Source: a virus. Taken from it: a stretch of DNA of 64,000 bases. Below, in pieces: positions 9,378-20,300 of the stretch (position 1 is its first letter; every line of letters starts with the position of its first letter). The position numbers and the translations under genes are program-made. Below the pieces are notes generated by a model. That model ran no database searches. It was given only the letters and a program-made list of their open reading frames with translations, and was not told the DNA's origin. The stretch is from IMG/VR virus record IMGVR_UViG_3300035670_000024; one strand, given 5' to 3'.

Positions 9378-12238
9378 CTAAGAACTAAATCAACTGATGC
9401 AGACTGTGAGTTATTGTTAGTTACATAAAAAACAATAACTTCAGGTCCATCTGGATAAGTATTATTTCCTCCAATAACTGAGTTTTGTACTTCTTTAATT
9501 GCACTTAAATCATATACTGTAGTTCCAGAAGAAGACAAATACCTAAACAGAACTTCCCCATCAACTGGTGCAGTTCCTCCAAGAATTGTTCCTCCTGAAG
9601 TTGCATATTGTGCAAAAGATGGTTGGAATACATTTGAAACACCTACAGTTGTGGTGTTTGCATTCAACCAAGTTGCAGCACCTACATTACTTGGATTGAG
9701 AATAGCAGAAATTTCAAGGTTTCTAGCAGAGTTATTATTTAATCCAAGTTCTCTAAGAGTAATTTGAGAACGATTGATAACTTCTCTTTCTCCAAGAAGT
9801 CCTGGAATTGTATTTGAAACTGATGGTGCTGGACGGAAAAGGAGAATTGCGGTAGAAGAGTTGCCAGCAACAGAGACATTCGTTCTTGATAGGTTAAATA
9901 GATATCCACTATCTTGGTCAAAACCACCATCCATAATGACCGCAGAACCCCAGTGTGAGATAGTAGGAGCACAAGTATTATTGAGTAGAATAACACTTGA
10001 ACCTGCTGGATGATTATAGGAATTTGTTGAACCACTAAAAGTTCTGTTTGCCCCAGAAAGATATTGAATATAAGATGTTGCTGTTGTAACTCCAGTAAGA
10101 GTGTTACCCGATTTACCAGTATAAGACATCAGTTCATGATAAATTGTTCCTGATTGATTACTTGTTACCATTACAATATTAGAAGAAATTCCAACTGGAG
10201 GAACTGGGAATCTTGAAGCATCTGATAAAGTTAAAGATGTGGTTGTTATTCCTGTTGCCACTGCTAACTTATCAATTGCAGAAGTATTTGAAACCTCATA
10301 ACGACAAGGGAGGTTTCCACTTCTCATGTATGCTTCATCATTAATATTGTTGTTCTTCATACGATGAGCAGTAATAAATTCACCAGCAGGCCCACGAAGC
10401 ATAAAGTCAATAAATCCAGCACCATACCAAGAATATTGAATTCCAAGCATCTGCATTTTTGCTAAGTCAACATGATAACCTGATGGTGTATCAGTCCCAT
10501 CAATACGATCTATATTGAATTGACTTTGTGGAACTCTGAGTTCTCTTACAATCGTTGGTTTAACTCCTGATGCAGTTGCTCCACGATTTTCTGGTGAAAT
10601 TGAAAGTGAAGTATTACTTGTAATCGTTGAGACTAAGTATGTTTGCCCGCGAATTGTAATCAGGTCTCCTACCTTAAGTTGCTCTGTAAATCTTGTGTTT
10701 GTTCCTGTGACTGTTTGAGAACCATTAGTGACTGCAACAGTTCCCGCAAGTTGGAAAGTAGAAGACCTCCTTACAACGGCAAGTTCTTGTCCATCATACT
10801 CCCAGAACATTCCGTTTGAGTCATCAAAAAGCCCACAACGAATTGATGCACCTACCCATTTAATTACAGCAATTCTTGGTTGCGCTTCTAATACTGCAGT
10901 GGCATCCGTTGGCGCTGGACTTCCCGCTGCTACAGTAAATGTAAATTCATTTGTAATTGATTTTACCTCATACTCTCCATTATAATTTACCGAAGTAATA
11001 CCATAAAGTCTTACAGTTGCACCTCTTTGAAGACCATGAGGAACCTGTGTTGTTACACTAATATCTGGAGCAGAATAAGTAACTGTTTGAATATCAAAAA
11101 CTGGATTAAAAAGTGTTCCTGTAGAGAATAAGACTCCTTTACCAGACTGATAACGGAAATATCTTTTTGACTGCCTCTTTGCTTCTAGTCCATGAATTGG
11201 TAGTGATGGTCCCATCAAAACTCCACCATCAAATGGACGATGAATAAAGAAACTATCATTAATCGCATAAACAGAAACATTAGTTGTTGTAATAGAACCA
11301 TTTGTTACTGTTTGCCCAGCATCATAAGAAATCTGTGTTCCATTTATAACTGTATTGACGAAAAATCTACCTTCATGTGCTTGCGTTCCTGCAGTTGTAT
11401 CGACGATATAAATTGGAGAACCAGGAACAAGACCATGAGGACTTCCAAAGGTAACAGTAACAATTCCTCCTGCACCATTACCACTCATGGTGGATAAATC
11501 CATCGGTGTTCCTGCATAAACACCACCTTCCTTAACAACTGTGTAAGGATTACTTAGACTTCCAGTAGCAATACTACCTTTTGCTAGATAATCAAAAGTT
11601 GTGGTTCCGTTGGTTGCAATTACAACAAACAAACCATCAGCAAGAGTATTCGTAGTTCCAGTTACGGCAAATGGAGTTCCAACAGGAAGTGCTTGTCCAC
11701 TTTCCACAGTAACACGAACTGTTGAATAAGTTGCAGCACCTAGAGAAGAAACATCAGTAACTGTAAGTGCAGGACCAGGAAGTTCAAAGAATGATGGAAT
11801 ATTACGATTGAGACCTAATGACTGCCATTTAGTATTCTGTAATCCATATTCAAAGTCAGCATCAATCAGTGATTGGGGTTGTGCAATTCTTATTCTTTCA
11901 ATCGCATCAATGGCAAACTCGTAAGGACGAACTTTTAATCCGTGCTGTTCATCATCAATAAAAATTGAAAGTTCATCACTATCAGACATTCCAGTTGTAT
12001 CATATTCTAATATGATATCAGTATATCCATCAGTAGAATTTTCAAAATCAGTATCAGTTGTTGGTAGAGGATAATAAGTCGCAGTAAATCCTTTACCTGG
12101 GTCTAGTTGACTTGCAATTACAATTCCATCAGTTGCATTCACAATCAGTAAGATATCATTAACAGTATGTCTATCTGAAATTCTTATCTTCTTTTCAGAA
12201 GCATAAAAACGATATCTTTCTTCTCTTCTTCTTGCCAT
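9356..12238 (-). CDS. Large virion structural protein (cyanophage-type)
   Basis: 960 aa, beta-rich with HGL..G repeats and VTGTNTRF motif; fibre-region context. Confidence 0.65.
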   Translation of the reverse strand: MARRREERYRFYASEKKIRISDRHTVNDILLIVNATDGIVIASQLDPGKGFTATYYPLPTTDTDFENSTDGYTDIILEYDTTGMSDSDELSIFIDDEQHGLKVRPYEFAIDAIERIRIAQPQSLIDADFEYGLQNTKWQSLGLNRNIPSFFELPGPALTVTDVSSLGAATYSTVRVTVESGQALPVGTPFAVTGTTNTLADGLFVVIATNGTTTFDYLAKGSIATGSLSNPYTVVKEGGVYAGTPMDLSTMSGNGAGGIVTVTFGSPHGLVPGSPIYIVDTTAGTQAHEGRFFVNTVINGTQISYDAGQTVTNGSITTTNVSVYAINDSFFIHRPFDGGVLMGPSLPIHGLEAKRQSKRYFRYQSGKGVLFSTGTLFNPVFDIQTVTYSAPDISVTTQVPHGLQRGATVRLYGITSVNYNGEYEVKSITNEFTFTVAAGSPAPTDATAVLEAQPRIAVIKWVGASIRCGLFDDSNGMFWEYDGQELAVVRRSSTFQLAGTVAVTNGSQTVTGTNTRFTEQLKVGDLITIRGQTYLVSTITSNTSLSISPENRGATASGVKPTIVRELRVPQSQFNIDRIDGTDTPSGYHVDLAKMQMLGIQYSWYGAGFIDFMLRGPAGEFITAHRMKNNNINDEAYMRSGNLPCRYEVSNTSAIDKLAVATGITTTSLTLSDASRFPVPPVGISSNIVMVTSNQSGTIYHELMSYTGKSGNTLTGVTTATSYIQYLSGANRTFSGSTNSYNHPAGSSVILLNNTCAPTISHWGSAVIMDGGFDQDSGYLFNLSRTNVSVAGNSSTAILLFRPAPSVSNTIPGLLGEREVINRSQITLRELGLNNNSARNLEISAILNPSNVGAATWLNANTTTVGVSNVFQPSFAQYATSGGTILGGTAPVDGEVLFRYLSSSGTTVYDLSAIKEVQNSVIGGNNTYPDGPEVIVFYVTNNNSQSASVDLVLRWTEAQA

Positions 12239-12244
12239 CTTTAG

Positions 12245-14263
12245 TTAAACTCCGAATACGATGCTGTATGAAATGGATTGTTCCGCTGTTACAAATGAAG
12301 TTGTTGGAGAACTGGTAGATTTAATTGCAACTCCAAAGAATACTTGTCCTGCTTTAGGTGCCTCAACAAAATTAATTTTGATTGGGTCAGTTGTTCTATT
12401 TGTACCACCACTAATATAAAAACCTGCAGTTTGTGATGGGTCTGGTTGTTGAACTATTCCTCCTACAGAAATAAGTAGTCGTGCTGCACTATCTATCTCA
12501 CTATTTATGAAATTACCTGAATTATCGGAAATGATAAATTGAGTTGTTGAACCATTAAAGAGTGAAGAAATATCATTCAAAATTACGGATTGATCAGGAA
12601 CAGATGCTGTTGACCCAACAGCACCTTGTAGACCTTGTAGACCCTGCGATCCTTGAAGACCTTGAACACTGCCAGCAAGACCTTGAACACCTTGATTTGC
12701 TAACCCTTGAAGACCTTGGAGACCTTGAGATCCTGATATACCTTGATTGCTAAGACCTTGAACACCTTGAGAACCTTGTGATCCTGAAGTTCCCTGAGAA
12801 CCTGAAGTACCTTGAGAACCAACACCTTGAGTTCCTTGTAATCCTTGAGATCCTTGAGATCCTTGAGATCCTGAAGTACCTTGAGAACCAACACCTTGAG
12901 TTCCTTGTAGTCCTTGAGAACCTTGAGAACCAGAAATACCTTGATTACTTAAACCCTGAGTACCCTGTAATCCTTGAGAACCTTGAGATCCTGATGTTCC
13001 TTGAGAACCAGAAATACCTTGATTACTTAAACCTTGAGTTCCTTGTAGTCCCTGTGAACCCTGAGAACCTGAAGTACCTTGTGATCCAGAAGTTCCTTGA
13101 TTACTTAAACCTTGCGTTCCTTGTCTACCCTGAAGTCCTTGAGCACCTTGAGATCCAGATGTTCCTTGAGATCCAGAAGTTCCCTGAGAACCTGAAGTAC
13201 CTTGAGAACCAACACCTTGAGTTCCTTGTAGTCCTTGAGAACCTTGAGAACCAGAAATACCTTGATTACTTAAACCTTGAGTTCCTTGCAGTCCTTGAGA
13301 TCCTGATGTACCTTGAGAACCAGAAATGCCTTGATTACTTAGACCTTGTGTACCTTGTAGTCCCTGAGAACCTTGCGATCCAGAAGTACCTTGGGAACCA
13401 GATGTTCCTTGAGATCCTGCTATACCTTGATTACTTAAACCTTGAGTTCCTTGTCTACCCTGAAGACCTTGAGAACCTTGAGATCCTGATGTACCTTGAG
13501 AACCAGAAATACCTTGATTACTTAAACCCTGAGTTCCTTGTAGTCCCTGTGAACCCTGAGATCCTGATACACCTTGATTACTTAATCCTTGATTACCTTG
13601 AACACCTTGTCTACCCTGAAGACCTTGAGAACCTTGTGATCCTGATGTTCCCTGAGATCCAGAAATACCTTGATTACTTAAACCTTGAATACCCTGTAAT
13701 CCTTGAAAACCTTGAGATCCAGAAATACCTTGATTACTTAAACCTTGAGTACCTTGATTTCCTTGTAATCCCTGTGATCCCTGAGATCCTGATGTACCTT
13801 GGGAACCAGAAATACCTTGATTACTTAAACCTTGAGTTCCTTGTCTTCCCTGTAATCCTTGAAACCCTTGAGAACCTAAAGTACCTTGATTACCTTGTAC
13901 TCCTTGACTTCCTGAAGAACCTTGAAGTCCTTGATCTCCACGAATTTGTCCTACATTATCCCAGTCAGTTCCCGTATAAACCCACAAATCACCAGTATTT
14001 TCCTCAATAACACCATCACCTGCAAAGGGAGGATACCAAGAAAATTGAGTATCGTCGTTAGTTAATGTAGTATGGGGTTCCGATGTAGTAACACTAGTAA
14101 CAACACCAACAATAGTTACAGAAGTTCCATCAGTACCAGATTTTCCCTGAACACCTTGATTTGAAAAACCTTGGATTCCCTGTTCACCGATTATTCCTTG
14201 AACACCTTGAGCGCCTTGATCGCCTTTAAATGTTCCTCCAATAATAGTACTTAGAAATGCCAC
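12245..14263 (-). CDS. Collagen-like (Gly-X-Gln) fibre protein
   Basis: Long GXQ tract with GLSNQ interruptions; C-terminal DISSLFNG..LLISVGGIVQQP domain; GTG start. Confidence 0.8.
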   Translation of the reverse strand: MAFLSTIIGGTFKGDQGAQGVQGIIGEQGIQGFSNQGVQGKSGTDGTSVTIVGVVTSVTTSEPHTTLTNDDTQFSWYPPFAGDGVIEENTGDLWVYTGTDWDNVGQIRGDQGLQGSSGSQGVQGNQGTLGSQGFQGLQGRQGTQGLSNQGISGSQGTSGSQGSQGLQGNQGTQGLSNQGISGSQGFQGLQGIQGLSNQGISGSQGTSGSQGSQGLQGRQGVQGNQGLSNQGVSGSQGSQGLQGTQGLSNQGISGSQGTSGSQGSQGLQGRQGTQGLSNQGIAGSQGTSGSQGTSGSQGSQGLQGTQGLSNQGISGSQGTSGSQGLQGTQGLSNQGISGSQGSQGLQGTQGVGSQGTSGSQGTSGSQGTSGSQGAQGLQGRQGTQGLSNQGTSGSQGTSGSQGSQGLQGTQGLSNQGISGSQGTSGSQGSQGLQGTQGLSNQGISGSQGSQGLQGTQGVGSQGTSGSQGSQGSQGLQGTQGVGSQGTSGSQGTSGSQGSQGVQGLSNQGISGSQGLQGLQGLANQGVQGLAGSVQGLQGSQGLQGLQGAVGSTASVPDQSVILNDISSLFNGSTTQFIISDNSGNFINSEIDSAARLLISVGGIVQQPDPSQTAGFYISGGTNRTTDPIKINFVEAPKAGQVFFGVAIKSTSSPTTSFVTAEQSISYSIVFGV

Positions 14264-14334
14264 GGTTTATCTTTTTATTTTTTATTATTTATTTAATAAT
14301 TATAATAATGAATTATAATAATGTTGTTGTTCAG

Positions 14335-16491
14335 TCATCCTTTCAATTCATTCAGTTGATTTTCAAGATTATTTATCTGCTTTTGTTGTTCTTTAATTGC
14401 TTCAATTAGAAGTGAAGTTAAGTTTCCGTAAGCAACTGACTTAATACCTGTGCTATCTTCCATAACAATTTCAGGAAGTACTTTTTCAACTTCTTGTGCA
14501 ATTACACCAACATATCTTCTTTCTTTATCTTCTTGGTCATTTCTATTAAATGTAACACCACGAATTTGAGAAACTTTATCTAATGCATTTGTAATGGTTT
14601 CAATATTTTCTTTGAGTTTGATATCAGAGTTTGCAGTGACTGTTCCAGATGCAGTTATATTTCCATTAGAACCTAAAGTAATAACTGCTGATCCACTTCT
14701 ATTTCCACCATAAATTTGTGTTCCACTTGAAAATCTCATTGCACAATAACCTGTATTCAGGTCTACAATATCACCATCATCTGCAAGAATAATTCCTCCA
14801 CCAGTTGCATTACCAGTTGATACTGTTAAATTTCCCGATAAACTTATATTAGAGGCATTGAAGTTTCCACCAATAGTAAGATCACTTGTACTTGGATTAA
14901 AACTAAATGCAGTTGTCGCCGTTCTTACTGATGGAGTTTGGTTAGTACCTGCAGCAGCGACAAATACTGGGAAAAACGATGCATTTGTGGTTACTGCTGT
15001 TGCATTTATTGCAGTAGAAGGGCCTGCAGTACCTACAGTTCCTTGAGCACCTGAAGTTCCTTGAGAACCAGATGTTCCTTGAGAACCTGATGTACCTTGA
15101 TTACTTAAACCTTGAGTACCTTGTCTACCCTGAAGACCTTGAGCACCTTGAGAACCTGCTGCACCTTGAGTACCTGATGTACCTTGAGCACCTGATGTAC
15201 CTTGAGCACCTGATGTACCTTGGAAACCTGCTGTACCTTGAGCACCTGAAGTTCCTTGAGAACCTGCTACACCTTGATTACTTAAACCCTGAGTACCTTG
15301 TCTACCCTGAAGTCCTTGAGCACCTTGAGATCCTGCTATACCTTGATTACTTAAACCCTGAGTACCTTGTCTACCCTGAAGTCCTTGAGCACCTTGAGAT
15401 CCTGCTATACCTTGATTGCTTAAACCTTGAACCCCTTGATTGCCTTGTAATCCTTGAGAACCTTGGGATCCTGATGTACCTTGAGAACCAGAAATACCTT
15501 GATTACTTAAACCTTGAGTTCCTTGTCTTCCCTGAAGTCCCTGAGCACCTTGAGAACCAGAAATACCTTGATTACTTAAACCTTGAGCACCTTGAGATCC
15601 TTGAGTACCTGATGCGCCTTGAGTACCTGATGTACCTTGAGAACCTGCTACACCTTGATTACTTAAACCTTGAGTACCTTGTCTACCCTGAAGACCTTGA
15701 GCACCTTGAGAACCTGCTGCACCTTGAGTACCTGATGTACCTTGAGCACCTGATGTACCTTGAGCACCTGATGTACCTTGGAAACCTGCTACACCTTGAT
15801 TACTTAAACCTTGAGCACCTTGATTTCCCTGCAATCCTTGAGATCCTTGAGAACCTGCTATACCTTGATTACTTAAACCTTGAGTTCCTTGTCTTCCCTG
15901 GAGACCTTGAGCGCCTTGGGATCCAGAAATACCTTGATTGCTTAAACCTTGAACCCCTTGATTGCCTTGTAATCCTTGAGAACCTTGGGATCCTGATGTA
16001 CCTTGATTACTTAAACCTTGAACCCCTTGATTGCCTTGTAATCCTTGATTTCCCTGAGAACCTATTGTTCCCTGATTTCCCTGTAATCCTTGAGATCCTT
16101 GAGAACCTGCTATACCTTGATTACTTAAACCTTGAGTTCCTTGTCTACCCTGAAGACCTTGATTACCTTGAACACCTTGATTGCTTAAACCTTGAACACC
16201 TTGATTACCCTGAAGACCTTGAACACCCTGATTTGATAATCCCTGTAGACCTTGATTTCCTTGTAATCCCTGAGAACCTTGAGATCCAGAAATGCCTTGA
16301 GATCCTTGATTACTTAAACCTTGTGTTCCTTGAGTACCTTGAGTACCTTGAAGACCTTGAGAACCAGAAGTGCCTTGAACACCTTCAGAAGGCATTAAAT
16401 CCCATGCTTCTCCATTAAACTTCCAGGTTCTACCCCCAAGAGAATATGTGGTTACATTTGCAATAGGGTTAATTGGAAAATCTAAAGGCAT
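14335..16491 (-). CDS. Collagen-like tail fibre with C-terminal Peptidase_S74 intramolecular chaperone
   Basis: GXQ tract then SDIKLKENI...IRGVTF...GVIAQEVEKVLPE...LLIEAIKE. Confidence 0.85.
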   Translation of the reverse strand: MPLDFPINPIANVTTYSLGGRTWKFNGEAWDLMPSEGVQGTSGSQGLQGTQGTQGTQGLSNQGSQGISGSQGSQGLQGNQGLQGLSNQGVQGLQGNQGVQGLSNQGVQGNQGLQGRQGTQGLSNQGIAGSQGSQGLQGNQGTIGSQGNQGLQGNQGVQGLSNQGTSGSQGSQGLQGNQGVQGLSNQGISGSQGAQGLQGRQGTQGLSNQGIAGSQGSQGLQGNQGAQGLSNQGVAGFQGTSGAQGTSGAQGTSGTQGAAGSQGAQGLQGRQGTQGLSNQGVAGSQGTSGTQGASGTQGSQGAQGLSNQGISGSQGAQGLQGRQGTQGLSNQGISGSQGTSGSQGSQGLQGNQGVQGLSNQGIAGSQGAQGLQGRQGTQGLSNQGIAGSQGAQGLQGRQGTQGLSNQGVAGSQGTSGAQGTAGFQGTSGAQGTSGAQGTSGTQGAAGSQGAQGLQGRQGTQGLSNQGTSGSQGTSGSQGTSGAQGTVGTAGPSTAINATAVTTNASFFPVFVAAAGTNQTPSVRTATTAFSFNPSTSDLTIGGNFNASNISLSGNLTVSTGNATGGGIILADDGDIVDLNTGYCAMRFSSGTQIYGGNRSGSAVITLGSNGNITASGTVTANSDIKLKENIETITNALDKVSQIRGVTFNRNDQEDKERRYVGVIAQEVEKVLPEIVMEDSTGIKSVAYGNLTSLLIEAIKEQQKQINNLENQLNELKG

Positions 16492-16543
16492 TTATTTATA
16501 TTGAATTACTAAATTCTTATTAAAAATATTTATTATCATAATC

Positions 16544-17380
16544 TTATACATCTCCAGTATTTGTGCTTGGAAAAGACCTTCCTGGACCCCAAATAATTCT
16601 AAGTGCTCCAACATCACCATTACCACCGTTACCATTATCCATACCACCTCCACCTCCACCATAATCTCCACCATCTCTTACTACACCAGAAGTTCCTCCA
16701 GAACCACCCCCACCTGGGTTAGCAGCACCACCAGTACCTCCAGTTCCACTAGAACCTTCGCCAAGTATTCCGGTTCCACCGCCACCGCCACCACCAGCGG
16801 CAGAAGAACCGCCACCACCGCCACCACCGCCATCACCATTTCCACCAGCACCATTCGCAGTTCCTCCTACTCCACCATTTCCAGAATATCCACCAGCACC
16901 GCCACCACCACCATTTTGAGATGCAGTTTCTTCACCACCATTGCCACCATCACCACCACCAATATCTCCACCAGTTGCCGTTCCTGTTCCACCAATACCT
17001 GCTGTGGTTGTAGTTCCTTCACCTCCCCCATCGGCTTGAAGTAAAATAGTTCCTCCTCTAGAAATTGATGTATTTCCTCCAGGTTGTCCAGAAGTATTGT
17101 TAGAAGTTGCTCCAGTTCCACCAGCACCCACTGTGACTGTAAGTTCCTCAAAGGGAGTTACTGGAATATTATTATAATATCTCAATCCTCCTCCACCACC
17201 ACCAGCAACTTCTGTGTTGTTTTGTCCACGAGCGCCGCCACCTCCACCACCTATAGCGACAACTGAAATTTGAGTAATTCCAGCCGGAACTGTAAATGTA
17301 AAAGTTCCTGGAGTTGTATATGCTTCTTGACCTGGAGCAGATGGATTGATAAATCCAAGTAAAATAGATGCTATTGTCAT
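16544..17380 (-). CDS. Glycine-rich virion protein (possible adhesin/fibre tip)
   Basis: YTTPGTFTFTVPAG..VVAIGGGGGG, poly-Gly tracts, C-terminal GALRIIWG. Confidence 0.7.
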   Translation of the reverse strand: MTIASILLGFINPSAPGQEAYTTPGTFTFTVPAGITQISVVAIGGGGGGARGQNNTEVAGGGGGGLRYYNNIPVTPFEELTVTVGAGGTGATSNNTSGQPGGNTSISRGGTILLQADGGGEGTTTTAGIGGTGTATGGDIGGGDGGNGGEETASQNGGGGGAGGYSGNGGVGGTANGAGGNGDGGGGGGGGSSAAGGGGGGGTGILGEGSSGTGGTGGAANPGGGGSGGTSGVVRDGGDYGGGGGGMDNGNGGNGDVGALRIIWGPGRSFPSTNTGDV

Positions 17381-17381
17381 A

Positions 17382-20300
17382 TTAAGTTAATCCTGCTCCC
17401 GAAATGATGAACACATCAGCATTATTTACATCAGCAACACAAAGAACGGTACAAACACCATAAGCACCAAGAGTTCTATTTCCTGTTTGAGTTGTACCAG
17501 CATATCTTAAAGTCACATTAGAACCTTGAGTAATTGTTTGTGCAACTGCAGAGTCATTATAAATCACCACATTTTCTCCTACTTGGAATACATTGACGGG
17601 AACTGTTACACCACCAGTAGTAATATCAATATGTTTTCCATTATCTGATGCTTGAAGAACATATGATGTTGTTTGAACATTTTGCGGAATTGTTGCAGGA
17701 CCAAATGTTCCTTGGTTTCCTTGAAGTCCTTGTGTACTTTGAATACCTTGAAGACCTTGAACACCCTGAACACCCTGATCTCCTTGTAATCCTTGAACCC
17801 CTTGATTGCCTTGTAATCCTTGATTTCCCTGAGAACCTATTGTTCCTTGATTTCCCTGTAGTCCTTGAGAACCTTGAGAACCAGAAATACCTTGATTACT
17901 TAAACCTTGAGTTCCTTGTCTACCCTGAAGACCTTGAGATCCTTGATTACTTAAACCTTGAACCCCTTGATTTCCTTGTAATCCTTGAGAACCTTGAGAT
18001 CCTATTGTTCCTTGATTTCCCTGTAGTCCTTGGGAACCTTGAGAACCAGAAATACCTTGATTACTTAAACCTTGAGTTCCTTGTCTTCCCTGCAATCCTT
18101 GAGAACCTTGATTACTTAAACCTTGAACACCTTGATTGCCCTGAAGACCTGTTGGGCCTGTTGGTTCTGGTCCAAACTCAACCCATTGTTGACTATTTCC
18201 ATCATTATAATAACGATATGTAACCCCGGTATTTTCATTAATCCAAATATCCCCAACAACTGAAGATATTCCTGCAGATGATGGTTGGATATAAGTTCTC
18301 GGTGCCCATCTAGTTGCTCCAGATGCTGTAGATACTATTATTGAACCTGCAATTCCTACATTATTGAAACTATCATAAACAGAACCTCTAATTCTAATAT
18401 TTCCATTTACATCCAAACTTTGTGTTGGAATAGAAGTTCCGATTCCTACAGAACCTAATCCACTTACTACAAGAGAAGGTGAAGCAAAAAGTGCTGTAGT
18501 CAGTCCAGAATTTACTGTTGAGAGACCTATGTAATAAGGTTTAGTTTCTACTGAAGAAATATTATAAAAAGTAGAAATACCTGATCCACCTTCACTAGCA
18601 TTTCCTGCGGGGCCTTGAACACCTTGAACACCTTGATTTGATAATCCTTGAGTACCTTGTCTACCTTGAAGACCTTGAGAACCTTGATTACTTAAACCTT
18701 GAACCCCTTGATTGCCTTGAAGACCTTGAGCACCTGAAGTTCCTTGAGAACCTGAAGTTCCTTGAGAACCTGAAGTTCCTTGAGAACCTGAAGTTCCTTG
18801 AGAACCTGAAGTTCCTTGATTACTTAAACCTTGAGTTCCTTGTCTGCCTTGGAGACCTTGAGCACCTTGAGAACCTGAAGTTCCTTGAGAACCTGAAGTT
18901 CCTTGAGAACCTGAAGTTCCTTGAGAACCTGAAGTTCCTTGATTACTTAAACCTTGAGCACCTTGATTTCCCTGCAATCCCTGTGAACCTTGAGCACCTG
19001 AAGTTCCTTGAGATCCAGATGTTCCTTGAGCACCTGAAGTTCCTTGAGATCCAGATGTTCCTTGAGCGCCTGAAGTTCCCTGAGAACCAAATGTTCCTTG
19101 AGAACCTGCTATACCTTGATTACTTAAACCTTGAGTTCCTTGTCTTCCCTGGAGACCTTGAGCACCTTGAGATCCAGAAATACCTTGATTGCTTAAACCT
19201 TGATTACCTTGTAATCCCTGCGAACCTTGAGAACCAGAGATACCTTGATTACTTAATCCTTGAACTCCTTGATTTCCCTGAAGACCCTGAGCACCTTGAT
19301 TTCCTTGTAACCCTTGAGAACCTTGAGATCCTAATGTACCTTGAGCACCTGAAGTTCCTTGAGATCCTATTGTTCCCTGCAAACCTTGAGTTCCTTGATT
19401 ACCTTGTAATCCTTGAAGACCTTGAGTTCCTTGATTACCTTGTAATCCTTGAAGACCTTGAGATCCTGAAGTACCTTGATTACCCTGAACACCTTGATTA
19501 CTTAAACCTTGAGTTCCTTGTCTGCCTTGGAGACCTTGGGAACCTTGATTACTTAAACCCTGAACACCCTGCAATCCTTGAGAACCTTGAGATCCAGAAG
19601 TACCTTGTGAACCTGATATACCTTGAGAACCAGTATCTCCTTTATCTCCTGTTCTAGCGAAAGTGATGATAATATCTTCGTTAGAACTAAATGAAGTTGC
19701 ACTACCGGAAACATATGAACAATCAACTTCAAAATATCCAGTTTGTTCTATAATTCCGGAAATAGTGAAAAGTGCAAAATCAGAAGAATCAAACTTATTT
19801 GAAATTCTAAAATGACCTTTAATAGTTGATGTAGAATCATCAATTGTTCTTAGGAATGATTGGATATCAGTTGTTCCATCGTTTTGATCATCAATATAAA
19901 GTTTATTTGCAAGAGTTATATTAGAATTATTAAACTTAAGATTTCCAGTTCCTGGATCAATATTTGTAGTATCAGTATTAAAAGTATAATCAAAAGTAGC
20001 ACCACCAAAGTTTCCATCTTTACCAGAAAGTCCTTGCAAACCTTGAGAACCAGAAGTACCCTGTGTTCCTTGATTACCTTGGACACCTTGATTGCTTAAA
20101 CCTTGAACACCTTGATTTCCTTGTAGTCCCTGTGATCCCTGAGATCCTGAAGTTCCTTGAGTTCCTTGTAGTCCCTGTGATCCTTGTGTTCCTTGATTAC
20201 CTTGAACACCTTGATTGCTTAGACCTTGGACACCTTGAGAACCTTGAGATCCTGATGTACCCTGTAATCCTTGAGTTCCCTGATTACCTTGTAAACCTTG

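Noticed and set aside
16493-16500. TATAAATA immediately before the 718-aa gene start
   Set aside because: Only 1 nt from the ATG, too close for a transcript to include the annotated start; may be chance in AT-rich DNA
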